Assembly (NCBI RefSeq): GCF_963506605.1
Contig: NC_083280.1
Span: forward strand, 23,746,001-23,810,000
Direction of reading: 5' to 3'
Origin: Zootoca vivipara
Taxonomy: Eukaryota
DNA length: 64,000 nucleotides
This document shows positions 61,701 to 64,000 of this stretch, in pieces. Position 1 is the first letter of the stretch. The number at the start of each line of letters is the position of its first letter. Below the pieces are notes generated by a model. The model ran no database searches. It had not been told where the DNA came from and saw nothing but the letters and a program-made list of their open reading frames with translations. A program made the translations under genes and the position numbers.

Positions 61701-63992
61701 TGCTAAAATCATTGGATTCTAAAATCTGTGGCCCATGGCAACTGATTTAATCTGCCTAATGCTAAATGCCAGTTCTGGCTTGCCATAACAGAAAGTTTCA
61801 ATATTTGCTGAGTGGGAAGAGATTGCTTTTTCAAATACATTTAAATTTGTTGGCACCTGAATAGTCGGATTATATAAAGGGGAGAATGTTGAACTGGGAA
61901 AGCTAACAGTGTGATGATGATCTCAAGTATGTTTACTCAAAAGTAAGGCCCAATGATTCAAGTGGGAAAACTTAATAAGGGAGCAATCAGCACCAGATTT
62001 AAGGTGCTGCTGTGAGTTGTTCCCCCCCACAGGGCACAGAGCCAAGTGGGCACAACATTGAGAAGATCCTTTTTGGGGGGTGCCAAACTATGACTTCAAA
62101 CAGGGTGCCATATTACGAAAGATTATCAAAGTCTGCCCCCGGGGCAATCCTATAGCACAGGTGTTATGTATTAAGTTAACTGCAGTACTCCTTCTGGCCA
62201 CCGTGACTGCAGTTCTTACCCTGCCCACTGTGGCTGCAGTTCTCACTCAGGTCCACAACATGCAAATGAAGGATTGAGAGTGCTGTTCACGGATTGGGTA
62301 GTTTGTTACTGTTGCCAAGTTACTGAGTACTATATAAGCCAGTTGGCTAAGCTACTGTTCAGTCTGGGACTCAGAGCTAGAATAAAGAGCTGGTTGTTTT
62401 GAGAGCTGTGTCTTCATCCTTCTTACCCACTATTCAACAACAGGCATGTTCAAAGTCCGTTCCGGGGGCCCAATTTGGCCTGCTAGTCAGTTTAATCTGG
62501 CCCCTGTGGCAGCTTCCTGGGGTAAAATCCTCAACAACTTCGATCCTAAAAAAAGCTCAACAATCCTAAGAAAAGCTCACCAACTTTGGTGGGCTCTTTG
62601 GTCAGCCGTCATGGCCCTTCACTTCATCAAATGTGGCCCTCTTTGAAAAAAGTTTGGACACCACTGCTATAGCAAGATCCACTGTGATAAGCAGGGTTAG
62701 AATCCAGCACATCTCTTTTTGTATAATAAAATACAAAAATAAAATAAAATAGAAGACACAAAGCCCATCATAAGAATGGATGCATACAGAGGAACAGTGC
62801 TCACAAATCTATGTAGACACTGCTAATACAATGAAAGCTAACAAAAAGTTATAAAGCCATCTCCAGGTGAGCTAATGACAGCAAAATAGAACAAAATTTA
62901 AAGGTTCAGAGCTGGGAAATGCCCAAAACTGAGGTATCAGATAAAGCAATTCAAATCCAATTCAGAATTGAATCCCCCTGGATGTATGGTTTTAAACATA
63001 AAAATAAAAATTGCTTCCAAATTGCTTTTCAATAATATTTCTAGCCATGCCTTGGCTACGCCCATGCCTTTTGTCCCATAAAGGTCCCCCATCTCTGACG
63101 GAACCAGTTGAGAGGAGGAATATTAAAGAGTTGAGATGAGGAGGCTGAGACAATAAGCTTCTGATAATAGGTTGGCCTATTCCCTTCACCACTCTTTTAG
63201 ATTTTTTGCATACAAAGGTGTTGGCAGAGACAAGTCTTGCCTTTCGCACTTGCTTTTTTTACGCCCTCTCACACGCTGCCGCTTTTTGAATTCCTTTCTC
63301 AAGAGAGGAGCTCTGGGAAGGGCTTGGACTGAGGAGATAAACGGACCCGTGAGGAGGGCGTCAAAGCAGCTCTGACTGAGGCAGCGCCCGGGAAACAGCG
63401 GGAGAGTTTGAAGGAGAGTATGGGGCAGGCAGCCCGGCGCGAACGGAAGACGACCCCAGCAGGAAGCCGCCCTCGGGAAAGGGCTAGCGGGCGCAAAGGG
63501 AGCAACAAAGCCCGCGGCGGGGGAAAGACCCAGAGCCCGGCTCGGCGCCACGTGCGAAGCGTAAAGGCCGGGCGCTTTGGAGCGCGCGTAGAGCGCCCCA
63601 TTGCAGGCGACGCCTCCACGCTACCTTCCACCCCCCGTCGCTGGGAGAATGTGAGGAAGGGGGCGTGTGAGCAAGCCAGGAAGGAGAGAGAAAGAGCGGG
63701 CATTTGGGAGAGCCGGCCAGTGGACACCCCGCCCCATAACATTTCTCTTTGAGGCGATTCGGGGAAGCCCAGACGCTTGGCGAGGCTCCGGCGGGTGGAG
63801 CGCGCCAAGGCTTTTCCGTTTTTCGCTTGGCGAGGCGGCCAAGCCTCTCTCTCTCTCCCTCCCTCCCTCGCGCCACAACAGGGTCGGGGGCGTGTTTCTG
63901 GTGTTCCTTGCAAACTTCCATCCTCTCACCTCTGCGGCGGCTTCTCCCTCCCTCGCAGCCTTAGGAAGCTCGTGAACTTTTTGCTTCCCCAT
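55693..63992 (-). CDS. Tentative 5' coding exons of an unidentified gene (predicted single TM segment plus coiled-coil-like segment). Exons 63992-63930, 61258-61072, 55807-55693; a connecting exon is unresolved
   Basis: Exon 1 lies in the CpG island with GAG|gtgaga donor. Exon 2 (ccttgcttttcag|...TTGG|gtaaaa) is in frame with exon 1 and encodes KRIVLLTVLGTFLYPYAQYSIL. The 55.8-kb exon (attcatag|...AAGG|gtatgg) encodes KEMTELVINLEHLVNVSISISSLLQEMEIILKEIKDWK. No homologue recognised with confidence. Confidence 0.35.
55925..56378 (+). mobile_element. L2-like LINE 3' fragment, degenerate
   Basis: Homologous to 7216-7440. Encodes QRTFSAVVPSLCNTLPSDVK. Confidence 0.7.
57266..57523. mobile_element. 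Penelope-like element remnant (inverted pseudo-LTRs)
   Basis: 12-bp TSD AGGATATTTTCT at 57254-57265 and 57524-57535. Internal inverted repeat 57366-57456. Shares sequence with 49180-49368. Confidence 0.8.
57366..57457. ncRNA. Two divergent, degenerate minimal hammerhead-ribozyme motifs
   Basis: Plus strand: GTAT CTAAAGA AGTGTGCATGCACCC GAAA GC TC ATAC. Minus strand: ATAT CTGAAGA AGTGTGCATGCACGC AAAA GC TC ATA. Each has one catalytic-core G mutated. Confidence 0.6.
58160..58332 (-). mobile_element. Squam2-like SINE, degenerate
   Basis: Homologous to 7795-7972. Confidence 0.55.
59590..59722 (+). mobile_element. Degenerate tRNA-headed SINE with CR1-type tail
   Basis: B-box GAGTTCAAGTCCCAC followed by ...CCAACTCTGCAATTCCATGATTCT. 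Confidence 0.55.
59735..59985 (-). mobile_element. L2-like LINE ORF2 fragment
   Basis: Translates to IHASTTPRLDYY...LPLKSIQMIQNTSARL, a decayed form of the L2 motif HAxVTSRLDYCN...LQLVQNxAARL. Confidence 0.65.
60536..60811. mobile_element. hAT-like MITE
   Basis: CAGTGCCGGATTTA ... TAATCTGGCCCTG ends. Flanks (c/t)TGGGAG. Confidence 0.65.
62158..62666. mobile_element. hAT MITE interrupted by a solo LTR
   Basis: 8-bp TSD CTATAGCA at 62150-62157 and 62667-62674. TIRs CAGGCATGTTCAAAGT / AGTTTGGACACCACTG. Confidence 0.85.
62162..62439 (+). mobile_element. Solo LTR (278 bp) with intact promoter motifs
   Basis: TGTT...AACA ends. TSD ACAGG at 62157-62161 and 62440-62444. Contains ATGCAAAT, ATTGG, TATATAA and AATAAA in LTR order. 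Confidence 0.88.
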
Positions 63993-64000
63993 TTATGAGC
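63340..64000. promoter_or_regulatory. CpG island / promoter-proximal region
   Basis: Sharp rise in GC and CpG with no TIR or TSD boundaries. GC box CCCCGCCC (~63727), E-box CCACGTG (~63548). Runs off the window end. Confidence 0.8.

Noticed and set aside
63186-63998. Multiple long overlapping ORFs in the CpG island
   Set aside because: They are expected from stop-codon scarcity in GC-rich DNA. Only the short first-exon frame was kept, tentatively.

Overview
This is vertebrate genomic DNA, very probably from a lacertid lizard: it carries a Sauria/POM-type SINE, Squam2/Squam3-type SINEs, young BovB LINEs and squamate-type hAT and Tc1/mariner MITEs. Family names were recognised from memory, not by search. 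No prokaryotic features (operons, CRISPR, rRNA, true tRNA genes) are present. Most ORFs in the supplied track are artefacts: GTG/TTG starts, antisense TE frames, or microsatellites. The window is mostly intergenic or intronic and rich in transposable elements, with many TSD-defined and nested insertions. The only confidently recognisable protein-coding sequences are reverse-transcriptase fragments: BovB at 3146-4027 and older RTE elements near 14.5 kb and 24 kb. A CpG-island promoter lies at the right edge (~63.3-64 kb). From it a minus-strand spliced transcript can be tentatively built, encoding a transmembrane segment and a coiled-coil-like exon that I cannot assign to a known gene. A second low-confidence, phase-consistent exon chain lies on the plus strand at 1-13.6 kb. 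The most interesting non-coding signals are a 28-bp hairpin whose mismatches become G-U pairs only on the minus strand (27596-27674), Penelope-derived hammerhead-ribozyme remnants (49.2 and 57.4 kb), retroelements inserted 3-4 bp inside hAT MITE termini, a 5'-junction duplication shared by BovB and its partner SINE, and a CTCF motif possibly carried by a MITE. I cannot demonstrate a new biological system from sequence alone; these are candidates to test.
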